DNA of 64,000 bases from Naegleria gruberi (taxonomy: Eukaryota). The position numbers were made by a program, and so were the translations under genes. The DNA lies in assembly GCA_000004985.1 (NCBI GenBank), contig GG738867.1. One strand, written 5' to 3'. The notes under the pieces were generated by a model, which saw only the letters and a program-made list of their open reading frames with translations, was not told the DNA's origin and did no database searches. Shown in pieces: positions 47,850-58,773 of the stretch (positions are counted from its first letter, which is position 1; each line of letters opens with the position of its first letter).

Positions 47850-48506
47850 ATGGAAAAATCATTTCTCGAGCACTATCCCTCTTATTATGAGAAAGCCATG
47901 GCCAAGCAGTGGGTAGTCTCTTTTGCATTTACACACATTCGAATCAAAGGTCAAAACATGTTTCAACAGGAACAGCCTTGTATTTCACCAAGACATTTGG
48001 TAACTGCCCAACATGTTGTGAAACCAACAAGGAATTTAGATGGAAATGCATTTAATTTAACATCCATTCTAATTGATTTCTCTCCCGAAGCAAGTACTAA
48101 TCACTTCTCTCCAAACAACCCGTGGTTGAAACTCTTACGGCCTGTAGTAAAAGAAAGTGTTGGAATGGATGAGTGTGCACAGATGGGGGGAGCCGAATGT
48201 TGGAAGTCAGTTAATGATTTTGCATTCCTTTCATTTGAAGATTGCAACTACAAACATGATTACTTTTTATTGCCCACATCTATTAAGGTTATACAACAGT
48301 TGAGTTCAATGCTAGTTGTTGGATTCCCGAATAAAATTGAAAAGAAAGCATTCCAAGAAGAGTACACCAGAGACAAACAAGAACAAAACAAGAAGGATGA
48401 GTTTTACGAGAGAATGAGAGAATTAATGTCAGGTTTTGAACGAAAAACATTAAGTTTTGGATCTGGTATGGTGAAAGATATGGTGAAGAACAAACTAAAA
48501 TCTTGA
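47850..48506 (+). CDS. Hypothetical protein
   Basis: True ATG at 47850. 218-aa ORF with no recognisable family; the LVTAQHVV segment is only faintly protease-like. Confidence 0.3.
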   Translation: MEKSFLEHYPSYYEKAMAKQWVVSFAFTHIRIKGQNMFQQEQPCISPRHLVTAQHVVKPTRNLDGNAFNLTSILIDFSPEASTNHFSPNNPWLKLLRPVVKESVGMDECAQMGGAECWKSVNDFAFLSFEDCNYKHDYFLLPTSIKVIQQLSSMLVVGFPNKIEKKAFQEEYTRDKQEQNKKDEFYERMRELMSGFERKTLSFGSGMVKDMVKNKLKS

Positions 48507-48574
48507 TTAAGAAAAATTCCTTACAATCCTAGGTGTTGTAAAAGATTTAGTACTCAGAAATTAACATAATGAAT

Positions 48575-48692
48575 GGCTACGGCCATATCACGATGAATGC
48601 ACCTCATCCCGTCCGATTTGAGAAGTTAAGCATCGTCGAGCCACATCAGTACTGAGGTTGGAGACAACTTGGGAACCTGTGGTGCTGTAGTC
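48575..48692 (+). rRNA. 5S rRNA gene (copy 2)
   Basis: GGCTACGGCCATATCACGATGAATGCACCTCATCCCGTCCGATTTGAGAAGTTAAGCATCGTCGAGCCACATCAGTACTGAGGTTGGAGACAACTTGGGAACCTGTGGTGCTGTAGTC followed by TTTTTT. Differs from copy 1 at a single base. Confidence 0.85.
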
Positions 48693-49083
48693 TTTTTTCT
48701 CTATAAAACCAGATCTATTCTAACAAAAGCGCACTATTATTGGGATTCTCCTTCAATTGTTGTTTTAACACCACCACATTGCAATCCTTTGAATATTGTA
48801 GACATACAATAGATTCTTTGAATAACCCTTTCACCATCACCAAATGATGTACTTCATCCTGAAATCTTGGACACCTAGGAAATATTTGGCTGTTGTGGTA
48901 AATTAGGTACCAGCTTAAAAACAAAGCAAAATGAGAAACACGTTTCATCATTTGGCGAAATCACAATGCAAAACCATACAATCTATTTAATGACTTAAAG
49001 TCTTTTCGAAATATTTAGAGAATTTTATCAAAATTTTTATTAGTTTTACGCAAATAAATTAGTTAGTTTTCAATATAATACAA

Positions 49084-49758
49084 TTATTGCTTGTTAGCAA
49101 AGATACATCCACCAGTTCCAGTTTGACCACTGACAGGACACTTATCACACTTTTCAACAATTCCATGTCTTGAATTATCATCAACATAATATTTGGCAAA
49201 CAAATCATTTTGAATCCACAACAACTTGTTGAAAGCCAACAATGTCTTGACTCTTTGTTCTTCACTCAAATCCTTACAAGTAGCAATAGTTCCCAACAAG
49301 ACATCAGAAACATAACCAAATAAGGCATTGATGTGAATATAATCAATAATAATATCCTTATTACCAGCCTTGGCAGTGTGAATCTTACCAACCCAATCCA
49401 AATAATTAACAAAAGCCTTTGATGTATAATCAGCAGTGACAAGCTTGACAAGATACTTGCTCAACATGTCCTTTCTGAATCTGATTTGTTCACTAGCCTT
49501 ATCATCTAATTCATCCAAATTTTCTTCCATCTTTCCTTCAAATTGATCATTTCTAACAAGGAAAGTTCTTTTAGTAACATCAAAACTGAATAACTTTTTG
49601 TAAACCAAATCAACAACAGTTGGAACCAAAGGAGCCAAAACTGTAGCAGATTCATGAATATACTTGATATCTTCTTCACCAAAACCAATAAATTTGGTAA
49701 CATAGCTGAATCTATATTGCAAGTCAGTGAAAAGTTGCTTTTCTTCGATAGTTTGCAT
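49084..49758 (-). CDS. Globin-fold protein, protoglobin/globin-sensor-like
   Basis: True ATG at 49758. Helical pattern LAPLVPTVVDLVYKKLFSFDVTKRTF...YLDWVGKIHT...IHINALFGYV resembles protoglobin-type globins from memory. Tentative. Confidence 0.4.
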   Translation of the reverse strand: MQTIEEKQLFTDLQYRFSYVTKFIGFGEEDIKYIHESATVLAPLVPTVVDLVYKKLFSFDVTKRTFLVRNDQFEGKMEENLDELDDKASEQIRFRKDMLSKYLVKLVTADYTSKAFVNYLDWVGKIHTAKAGNKDIIIDYIHINALFGYVSDVLLGTIATCKDLSEEQRVKTLLAFNKLLWIQNDLFAKYYVDDNSRHGIVEKCDKCPVSGQTGTGGCIFANKQ

Positions 49759-50328
49759 TTTGTATTGTTGTTGTTGTTGTTTTTTGTTTGTTGAATTTGT
49801 GTGTTAGAGAATTAAAAAGCAAGTGGGTTTTATAGTCCAATTGCATGCGTGGAAATGGTTCAATGAACGATGCAGTTATGCTTTTTGGAGAATTTACAAC
49901 CAAGTTGAATATTCTAATGTGAAATACCATTTGTGCGTTTTTTTGTAATGAGACAAATATGGGCATAAAAATGACCACTAGGAGAATAACGAACAAAAAA
50001 GGTGATAAGAAAGAGTATCAAAAAAAGGCGCGATAAAGATTCAATCCATGGAAATGATCTTGAAGACAAAACAGATTGATTCCATACTCAATTGTATGTT
50101 GAGATCATTTTGTTATCTATTATCTCCCGGCTGTAATGTATACAATTATACAAAAACAAGCCTTTGATGAGGATTCACCCAACCTGGTGAACCTGTATTA
50201 CTTACGGAATTGATTGGCAAATCAAGGAATCCATGGAATCATTCTGATTAAGAATATATTATTTTTAATTAAATAATAAAATAATTTAATTTTCGGAATG
50301 TGATGAGAGTAAGGATGTGTTGAGATAA

Positions 50329-50949
50329 TTATTGTTTTACAAATTTGGAAGTGAATTGTTTCTTTGTAAAGGCTAATAAATATCTTGCATAGAGAAAATG
50401 TAAATTCAATATAATTTTATCAACTACTGGTGGTAATTTGGCATGTGGTGAATCACTCATCATGGAACTTCCAAAGTTTAGTTGAACTTTCTTATTCGAT
50501 TCATTGGCTAATTTCAACCACAATAAATAACCATCACTTGATCTGAACATGATTTCATTCTGATTCTTTTCAATGACTTTAAATTCAGATACCTTATCAC
50601 CAATATCAAATTTACATTCGTCCACTTGTTGTTCACTTGTTACTTGACTATCTAATATTCTAGTTTGTGTTCTAAACAATGGATTGGAAAAGAATGAATT
50701 TGCCAATTGATCAATAGTAAAACTTCCATCTTTTGGTAATTCAATAAATGTTCTATAATGATCAATTCCACACAATGAAGGTTCACTTGGATTTCTCTGT
50801 GAAAAAGTTCCTAACAAGTCATGTTCAGCATTTTCATAACAATAATTGACATTGTAATATTTCTTGACGAGAAGATAATCAGCAGAGACGGCACCAAGTG
50901 TTAATCCTGTTGTGAAAGTAAGAAGCTTTCGAATAGACATTTTTTTCAT
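50329..50949 (-). CDS. Hypothetical protein with an N-terminal signal/anchor
   Basis: True ATG at 50949. Hydrophobic N-terminus LLTFTTGLTLGAVSA. No family recognised. Confidence 0.35.
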   Translation of the reverse strand: MKKMSIRKLLTFTTGLTLGAVSADYLLVKKYYNVNYCYENAEHDLLGTFSQRNPSEPSLCGIDHYRTFIELPKDGSFTIDQLANSFFSNPLFRTQTRILDSQVTSEQQVDECKFDIGDKVSEFKVIEKNQNEIMFRSSDGYLLWLKLANESNKKVQLNFGSSMMSDSPHAKLPPVVDKIILNLHFLYARYLLAFTKKQFTSKFVKQ

Positions 50950-51130
50950 TTCGTTTTATGTATTCAAAGAGTTTCTTCAAATTTCAAATGTTTTTCATGA
51001 TTATTATGATGTTACATGTAAGGGTAAGTCCAAAGTAAATGGTGGTCAATGGGTATGTTGGAGGTTTCGGCTGAGTTTGGATCTGCCAACATCAGATGAT
51101 TCCTTCAGCAACCAAAGGGAATTCAGTACA

Positions 51131-51200
51131 ATCAATGGCTGAGCGGGCCACCAATGGTTGGGCGGGCCACCAACAACATTTCGCCGCACCAACAACATTT
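51131..51200. repeat. GC-rich inverted-repeat arm 1. Its partner lies at 52021..52100. Possible terminal inverted repeats of a non-autonomous DNA transposon.
   Basis: gcgggccaccaatggttgggcgggccaccaacaacatttcgccgc aligns with the reverse complement of 52025-52095 (gccacgccaatggtttcccgccacgccaaaacctatttg). There is also an internal direct repeat caccaacaacattt[cg][ga]ccgc. Confidence 0.3.
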
Positions 51201-52020
51201 GACCGCCTCAACTGCTACAGGCGCAAAGGTAGCAGGAGGCCTCTACCGGTCAACATTAAAAACATGGAAGACTGATTTTGTCATCATTCAATATGGAGTC
51301 TGTATTCAGCTTGATACAGTGCGAATTGTTTCTTCATTGATTTGGGATGGAATTTCAGACAGAAATTGAGTTGTTGCTCTCCGTTATTGTTCACTTAATC
51401 AAAGTCCCAAGCCTACGAAAACTAATCGAATGCACTTCATCCACACTCTCATCCTCCAACTCATCATTGGTTCATCAACACTCTCCTAGACCAAATCTCA
51501 ACCAAAGAAGCCGAACATTGTTGTATCTGTTGGAAGAGAACTTCTTAAAGAATTTCAAACCACTCTTCATCGTTTCTTAATGTCAAAGTTGATCAATTAC
51601 TGGCAAACATGTTGTCCTCACCTATTATCAGAAATGTAACATCATGATAAGGATTTTGTTTGCAACTAAAATCATCAATAATGGTCAAGATGACAGAAGA
51701 AGAATTAGAAGAAGAACTTGAGCGTACTTTTACCCTTTCAGATTTGCAATAATTAAAGCCAGCCAAGATATTATACTGCCCAAACCAAAATCAAATCCTC
51801 AATCAATATCAGAACTTCCGCTGAGATCAGCCAAGACCTAAAACGGAAACTCCACCAACAAGAAGAAAAGTCATAGAACCCAACAACATACCACATACCA
51901 CCAAGCACAGAAGAAGATATTACTCATTTAATGATGCAGATGTGGTGTATAAGGTAACAAGAGAAGTAGAAATGCTACTAAGCATATTGGCATGACTAGC
52001 ATTAGCTTTGTTTTGTTGGA

Positions 52021-52100
52021 GCGGCCAATTAATGTTGGCCCGGGCAAATAGGTTTTGGCGTGGCGGGAAACCATTGGCGTGGCTGGCTTTTATTTACTCC
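52021..52100. repeat. GC-rich inverted-repeat arm 2. Its partner lies at 51131..51200.
   Basis: See arm 1. Also contains the local near-palindrome ggccaattaatgttggcc. Confidence 0.3.
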
Positions 52101-52398
52101 CCCAGCAACAATTGGCTACCTCAACAACCAAAAAAAGTACCAGAAATCATCTACCGCCACCAGTACACACGATTTTGGAGTTACCCTCTTTGGAAAGGAT
52201 GGAGTGTCAAGTAACGAAGGCGCTTCAATTCAATCAACTAACCAATCAATATCTGAAAATGGCTAAAGAGTCGCAGATTTTTTGATTGACCAGGAGAATC
52301 CTTTGCTAGGTCAAAAATATATGAAATTCAAAAAAAGTCTTATTAACATCTTCTAAAAAAAAAAGAATAATCACCTTAATTTGGCAATAATTGGTAAA

Positions 52399-52487
52399 AG
52401 GCGACTGAGGGAATTGAACCCTCGACCCTCAGTTATCTCGACATTTCTGCCTACAAGACTGATGCACTGCCACTGTGCTAAGCCGCC
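52399..52487 (-). tRNA. Intron-containing tRNA, anticodon most likely UGU (Thr), with a 17-nt intron after position 37
   Basis: Reverse complement: GGCGGCT-TA-GCAC-AGTGGCA-GTGC-A-TCAGT-CTTGTA[GGCAGAAATGTCGAGAT]A-ACTGA-GGGTC-GAGGG-TTCAATT-CCCTC-AGTCGCC-T. Acceptor, D, anticodon and T stems all pair. U33 and A37 are in place. Followed by a T4 terminator. Confidence 0.6.
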
Positions 52488-52707
52488 TTACAATCGATGA
52501 ATTCACTCAAAAATAAATGCAAAACAATTGCTAAAATAAAAGTGTTTATCTTAAATTCCTCATTCTAACTCTCTATTCCAATCTTTACTCATTCACATAT
52601 TCACAAACACAAATCAAAAGAACTTTAATTGCCAATTATCTAAGTTTGTGAGCTCATGTCATTCGTGCCAACACTAAATTATATATCAAACTTGAATTGT
52701 CATCAGA

Positions 52708-54456
52708 TCATTCGAATGGTTCATAGGATGAAGTATTATTCTCTTCCGATGTTTGTTGATTCAGAGATGTGGTGAGTGTTGACGTCTCACAGGAATTTGT
52801 TGACTTTTCCTTATTGAAACATTTGTAAAGTGTTAAAAATTCTTCCTTATCAAATTCCATAAAGGCCACCCCAATTCCAAGCAAAGTACTACTCAAATAG
52901 GTTGATAATGAGATGAAAGTCAAAATACCAGGTCCAATAAAAGTTGGTTGGGACAATGCCAACACAGCATAGGACAAGGAAATGGCAAATAGAATTACTG
53001 ATGAGAAAATGATAAATCTAACATGCTACATGTATCATTTAAATCCATATTCCAAAATATTAGCTTACTTACATTTGTTTGCACTAGGTTAATATCTGAT
53101 AATTGTTTCATTACTCGATGAGTATAAAGTGAGGCACAAATAAATACTTGATTTTTCATGTTAATTTTTCAAATTGGCTTGGAACTTACCACACAAGGCC
53201 GCAAATGAAAAAACTGACAAGTAAATGTAATAGAACATTTGAAATTGTCCCATGTCATTTGGAAATGCAACAGAGGCAACTATTGGTGAAATTATTCCAA
53301 CTGTAAAAAAGAGTAAACCTAGGAAAATGTAGCAAACTCTTACTGAAATAGTTATTTTACGAGCTCTCGCTAACTCAACAATTCTATACAAGCCGAAAAT
53401 CCAAGCAAATAAACCGAATATAGAAATAATATTAGAAAGAGCTGCAAAAATCAAGGTAGTCTTAGAATAAGAATCTGATGCCAGAATCTGCACACTTGCT
53501 ATTATCTGAAATAGAAATCCAATCACAACACAAGAGGTTGGAATCAAATTAGCAAACCTTTTAGTTTTGACAACTTTTCCTAATTTTGGAATAAAACCTG
53601 CAAAAAAGATAATTACAGAGAGAATGAAATGTGTAAATGTCACACCAATTCTCGTTATTAAATTTGCAATCATATCATTCATTCCAAATGTGCATTTGGG
53701 TCCAAACGATTTGCTCTCCACACACGAGCATATATAGGAATAGGTTCCCAATAAAGAACTCTTCACAATTTGACTATTATTAACCAAAATGGGAAATCCA
53801 AAGATTGTATATCCACAATAGAGTATTGATCTTGGAAATCCAAGAATCATTTCTCTAGCAATTGAATCTCTCGGCTGGCATGTACCTTCCAAGATTCTCC
53901 TCTTGTAATTCCTCGATTCCTCTCCACAATATTGACATGCATTAATCCAATCAGTTAACATGGTCTCTCCATTCGTTGAATTGTAAATAAAATCATTCAA
54001 AGAACCAATTCCATTATTCAACATCATCTGCGACCGATCACACAACAATTCAGTGCACGAACTATTCATAATTCTCTCCCAACGTTTCACACTTTGGCAA
54101 ATATCAAAACTCTCTTTCGGAAGCAGTGCAATATCATTAATAAATTCATAGAACTTTACATGAATATTCATTTCATAATATTTAGCTAGTTTTACATTTT
54201 CACATGAAAAGAAGGGTGAAATTTCTTCTGAATTTAATGCATGTTTTCTTAATTCTGCACCATTGGTCATCAATTCGGAGGCATTCCTACAATTTTCAAA
54301 GGAATTTAATTGTGTATAATTTTCATTCCACTCAGTCGTTGATGATTTGTTAATCATCATGAATAATAGAACAATTATTTCCGCAAACACAACAATAATA
54401 TTCTTCCTATTTGTGATCAATGCTGGGCTGGGTGTGATCTTCCCTTGTCTCGTCAT
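52708..54456 (-). CDS. 7TM receptor-like protein with a Cys-rich N-terminal ectodomain (paralog A). Exons are 54456..53190 and 52997..52708; the intron is 192 nt.
   Basis: True ATG at 54456 with a signal-anchor. About 12 Cys in the ectodomain, including DWINACQYCGEE. Five TM helices in exon 1 and two in the last exon. Splice G|GTAAGT...TCATCAG|TA, phase 1. Confidence 0.55.
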
Positions 54457-54482
54457 TTTTTTAGGCTTTTTATAGATCTATT

Positions 54483-56196
54483 TCAGTTCTGTGGTGAAAT
54501 GTCGTCTGATGTGGTGGTGAGAGGAAGTGATTCTTCTTTGGTGGGAATATTATCTATATAATTATCACTATTAACATTTGACTGTCTCTTGAATTTACAG
54601 GGAAGGTACATTTCTTTGAATTCAACTGAATCAAATTCTACAATGATTAAACCTAATGAAACGATGGAGAATAGAGCAGAAACTAGAGAGTAGATACCTG
54701 AGGACCACCTATCGTCAATGATTGAATTAATGCAGAGAATGTGGAGCAAATATCCAAGACAAACCAGAACAAATGCAACAATTACAAAAATGGAAAATTT
54801 CAAAAACTTATACAGTTAATAAAAGAAAAATAGAGAAACATACTGGTGATTGCATCAAATTGATATCAGAAATCTTTCTCATCTCAACATAAATCCAAAC
54901 AGATGAGACAATAATTGCTTGTAAAAGTTAATAGAATCAATTCATCCATGAAACATACCAATCACACTAACAATAGAAGCTCCTAATAAATAAGATTCCA
55001 AAGCATTTACAAAATAAATTGCATAAACATTTTGAGTATAGATTGAGGCAACTATAAAAGGAAGAATAACTCCAAATGAGATTGAGGCAAACAATGGAAT
55101 TACATAGAGGAAAATTGTAGCTCTCAATGATAAAGGACTATGTCTAACTAATCTAATCCAATTGGACAACCATGAAAATATGGCCAATTGTAAAAAGTTG
55201 AAAGACAATTGATAAGCAATTAAGAAAATAAAAATAATGAGCGAATTTGAAAATAACACAACTCCAAAGCAAATACTCCAAGATCCTACAAATATTCCAT
55301 TGTAAATACTTGGTATAATATTCAGATACTTTCTATCTCTGAGCATTCTCTTTGTTTTTGGAATGATACTTATAAAAGTATTGAGAATAAAGAGAACTAA
55401 TGAAGAAGCAAAGAAAAAGTAAATTGATGCCATGTCAAAGTTTGAATCTTCACCTAAGTAACATTTGGATACCTGAAAAGCAACTGCACAGATACAGGAA
55501 ATCATTCGTATATTTTCCAAACAAACTATTCGATTGTACTAGAAATGGAATTCCAAATGATTGAGTTCCACAAAAATAAATTGATGTTGGAAATTCACTA
55601 ATCATTCTATTGGAGAGTTGATCTCGCGATTGGCAACTCCCAGCAGAAACTCTTTTCTTAAAATGTTCACTTCTTCCAAGACAATACTGACATCCATTAA
55701 TCCAATCTGTTAAATTATTCGTTCCATTAGTATTTAACATTAAATATTCCTGTAAATTCTCAATTTTCCCATCATAATCACACAACAAATCAATACACGT
55801 CCTATTAAGTCTCGATTCCCAATAATTCAACTGCATACAAGCATCCACATCCCCAAAATACGAATCAACCCTAAATTCACCACTTTTTCCCTGTATTTGT
55901 TGAATAGTTTGAATTGTATAAATCATCATTGAATTACACTCAAAAGAGAGTGGTATCTTTGGTTCTCGGAATGTTCCCTTCCCAAACTCAACAGGATTAA
56001 ACATGTACGGTGATGAATGATTACAACCGGAAAAGATTGGAAAATATTCTTCTTGACCATTCACGGCATATAATTGATCATGATAATAAATGAATAGGAA
56101 GAGGAGGAGGATCGAGAGGATTATTCGGAATCTATTGTTGTTTGGATAGAAAATGCTTTTCATCGATTCCAATTCATTTCTGTTTTGGAGTTTCAA
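54483..56196 (-). CDS. 7TM receptor-like protein (paralog B). Three coding segments: 56196..~55478, ~55477..54942 and 54803..54483. An apparent 1-nt insertion in a TTTT run near 55477-55480 shifts the frame, so this is a possible pseudogene or a sequence error.
   Basis: Same architecture as A and C: DWINGCQYCLGRSEHFKKRV, CSC...SKC, KTKR after TM1, multi-TM body and a TM-containing last exon. The two overlapping track ORFs read the same nucleotides in adjacent frames. Confidence 0.45.
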
Positions 56197-56382
56197 TAGC
56201 TATTGAAATAGGTTACTTGATTGTGTTATGCATTGATTGGTTAACCTGGATTCTGTCTATTTTTGAATAACAAGGAATGCATTCCAAGTTATTTTGTTTC
56301 CCGCCACTTTAGTAAAGAGTTCATCAGATAACATCTTGTATCTGAACAATGTCAGTTTCTTTCAAAATCCATAATTAAAAAA

Positions 56383-58729
56383 ATGAAAGTGTCACCAGAG
56401 GTTAATACTGTACTGAGCTCCCAAGAAATTGACGTTTCTGACAAGCAACTGCTTCTCCAAGAAAAGAGAAGAAAATTCTATCAAGGAGTAGTTCCCTTAA
56501 ATTTATTCATTGTTTGCACCATTTCCTTATTGATTTTGAGTGGTTGCATATTCGTTTGGGTTTCGTCTTTTATCGTTACTAGCAATTCAATAGAAAATTT
56601 GAATGCCATGTTTATTGAAGAATCTGGTCAAAAGATCATTAAGAGTTTGACTGGTTATCTGGACCCAGCTGCAAAACTTACGAAAATGTTGGCCAAAGAT
56701 TGGAATTCTGGCTCGGTTAATCTTACTCAATTGAGAGAGTACTTATTTCCAAAATTCCAACAATTTGAAACGAGTGGTTGTGGTTTCTTTTTCAATGATA
56801 CCTATTCTTATAGATACACTTATACAGTGAGTGGTACTGCAAGTAATCCAGTTGTAGGTAAGTTGTTTCTTTTTTGAATATGGAAGGAATTTGAAACTTT
56901 TCAGTTTATAGTCAACAACCTTATGGTTTCATAGGTTCCATTCGTGACATGATTAATATCACAACAGGAGATGTTATTAAATATAAATACCAAGTAATTT
57001 ACACTCCAATTATCATGGTTGACCAAGACTATTGGATTTATCTTTCTAAATATACTAAACAGACTGGGCAAGAAGGTGTTCTGGGAGATCCTTATCTTGC
57101 ACCAGGTGCTAGTATGACAATCTATTATGCACAATGGGTATACGATCAAATATTGTGGAAAACTCAAAAGCAAAAGAGAATTATTGGGCTTGCAAAGATT
57201 AATCTTTCTCTTGATTCCATTGTCAATTATCTATCCAAGATTAAACTCTTAGGTGACGGTTATGTAGTAGTCACATTAAACTCTGGACTGGTAATTGGTG
57301 GTTCCATAAACACAACCGTCAATGATGGTCTGACATCTGCTCATATTTTTGATATTGAAACCAGAGGTGCTGGAAAGTTGATTAAGAAATTCTATGAGAA
57401 TAATGGAAATACTTTCCTAACCTTCCCAGAGAATATGAAGTTAAGCAGTGATGGAGTTGGATATATTATCACTCCAATCAAGTTTAAATATGAGAATTTA
57501 GAGTGGAATATTTTCTTTGTCTTGTATGAATCTGATGTGAACGAGGCATTAGTGATTAGCTCTTCCGTGAGTGTTGGTGTCACAGTGGTGATTGTCATAT
57601 TTGGTATTACTGCAAGTTTGTGCACTGGTTGGATTGTTTCTCGACCAATGAAATTCTTAGAAAATCAATTTGAATCAATTAGAATATTAGATTTGGAAGC
57701 AGTTAATTTGAGTAAGATATCCATGTTCAGAGAAGTTGATTCAATCTTTAACAATCTATATGATACAGTTTCATGGCTCAAGGAAATCAAATCTTTCATT
57801 CCAGATTATGTGTTTGAGCAAATCAAACAAAACCAGGAAGTTGAATTGCATAAAGGACAGGAAGTTAAAGAAAAGAATGATCACCTTTCTGAATCATCCT
57901 CCAGAAAATCAGTTTCATCCTCCAGAAGTGCAATGACGGCCAAACATTCTTCAGATAAGAGTTCATTCAAGAATCAACATCAATCGCTTTTCAAAATGGG
58001 TTACAGCAAGAAAGGGGTAGTATTCATTCATGCTAAATTGGAGAATTTAGTTGAGCAAGAGGTGGATTACATTTCAAACTTTTTCAAGGGATTCATTTCT
58101 GCAATATCAACAGTTGTAAAGGTTAATCAAGCAACTTTACATGTCATTTCATGTGAAGAGATTCAGATTTCACTAACTTCCAACTCTTTAGATGAGAAAA
58201 CCTATGAGAAAGGAGTTGACATTGCTTTAAAGATTGTTAAATCTTGCGACTCAAAAGTCATACCAAGAATTATTCAGAATTTGCCTCCAAGTATGATGTT
58301 AAAATAGTAACAGATTCAGAAAATATGCCACTTGATAAGTATATTAATCGTCCACTTGATATTATTGAAATGAAACAGCAGAGAGTGAGGATACATGAAT
58401 TAATTGATAAGAAGAATACTGATAATGATGAATGGTTGTACGAATTAGAAAACTCTAAAAAGAATAATAAGTATGCAGAATATTCCAAAATATTTGAAAT
58501 ATTCCATAATGATTATTGGAATGGAAAGGATGTTGCTGTGGAAGTGGAAGATTTGTTATTGGTTTTGGATCGTTTTAGAAATGTAGAGTTTTCTGGAAGG
58601 AATGACTTGTCGTGTGATGAATTATCAAACTTTTTAACAGATCTACTGCAAGTTACTGATCCACGAGAAGCAAATTCTAGATCCAGTACCTATGCTAAAA
58701 AATTGGTCCTAGACCTGAAGGTAATATAA
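56383..58729 (+). CDS. Receptor-type membrane protein: TM1, an extracellular sensor-like domain, TM2, then a cytoplasmic region with degenerate class-III nucleotidyl-cyclase-like features. Exon 1 is 56383..56857. There is a 77-nt intron. Exon 2 runs 56935..58729, with an apparent 1-nt frameshift near 58285-58295.
   Basis: True ATG at 56383. TM helices LFIVCTISLLILSGCIFVWVSSFIV and VSVGVTVVIVIFGITASLCTGWIVS. Splice G|GTAAGT...TTTCATAG|GT, phase 1. The cytoplasmic part has GVVFIHAKLENL ... KYDV(K)IVTD motifs reminiscent of cyclase homology domains; the functional call is weak. Confidence 0.4.
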
Positions 58730-58773
58730 TCCCTTCAATAAGTACTATGATGAGTGAAAGCATTACTAAATAA

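Noticed and set aside
48715-48951. 78-aa minus-strand ORF just downstream of the 5S gene as a real gene
   Set aside because: It has no ATG-context support and no motifs, is short, and lies in a spacer. I left it uncalled.
52399-52487. Assignment of the intron-containing tRNA as tRNA-Tyr(GUA), the classic intron-bearing isotype
   Set aside because: The loop reads C-U-U-G-U-A with U33 in place, so the anticodon is UGU. A GUA reading would put the anticodon at positions 35-37 and lose U33.
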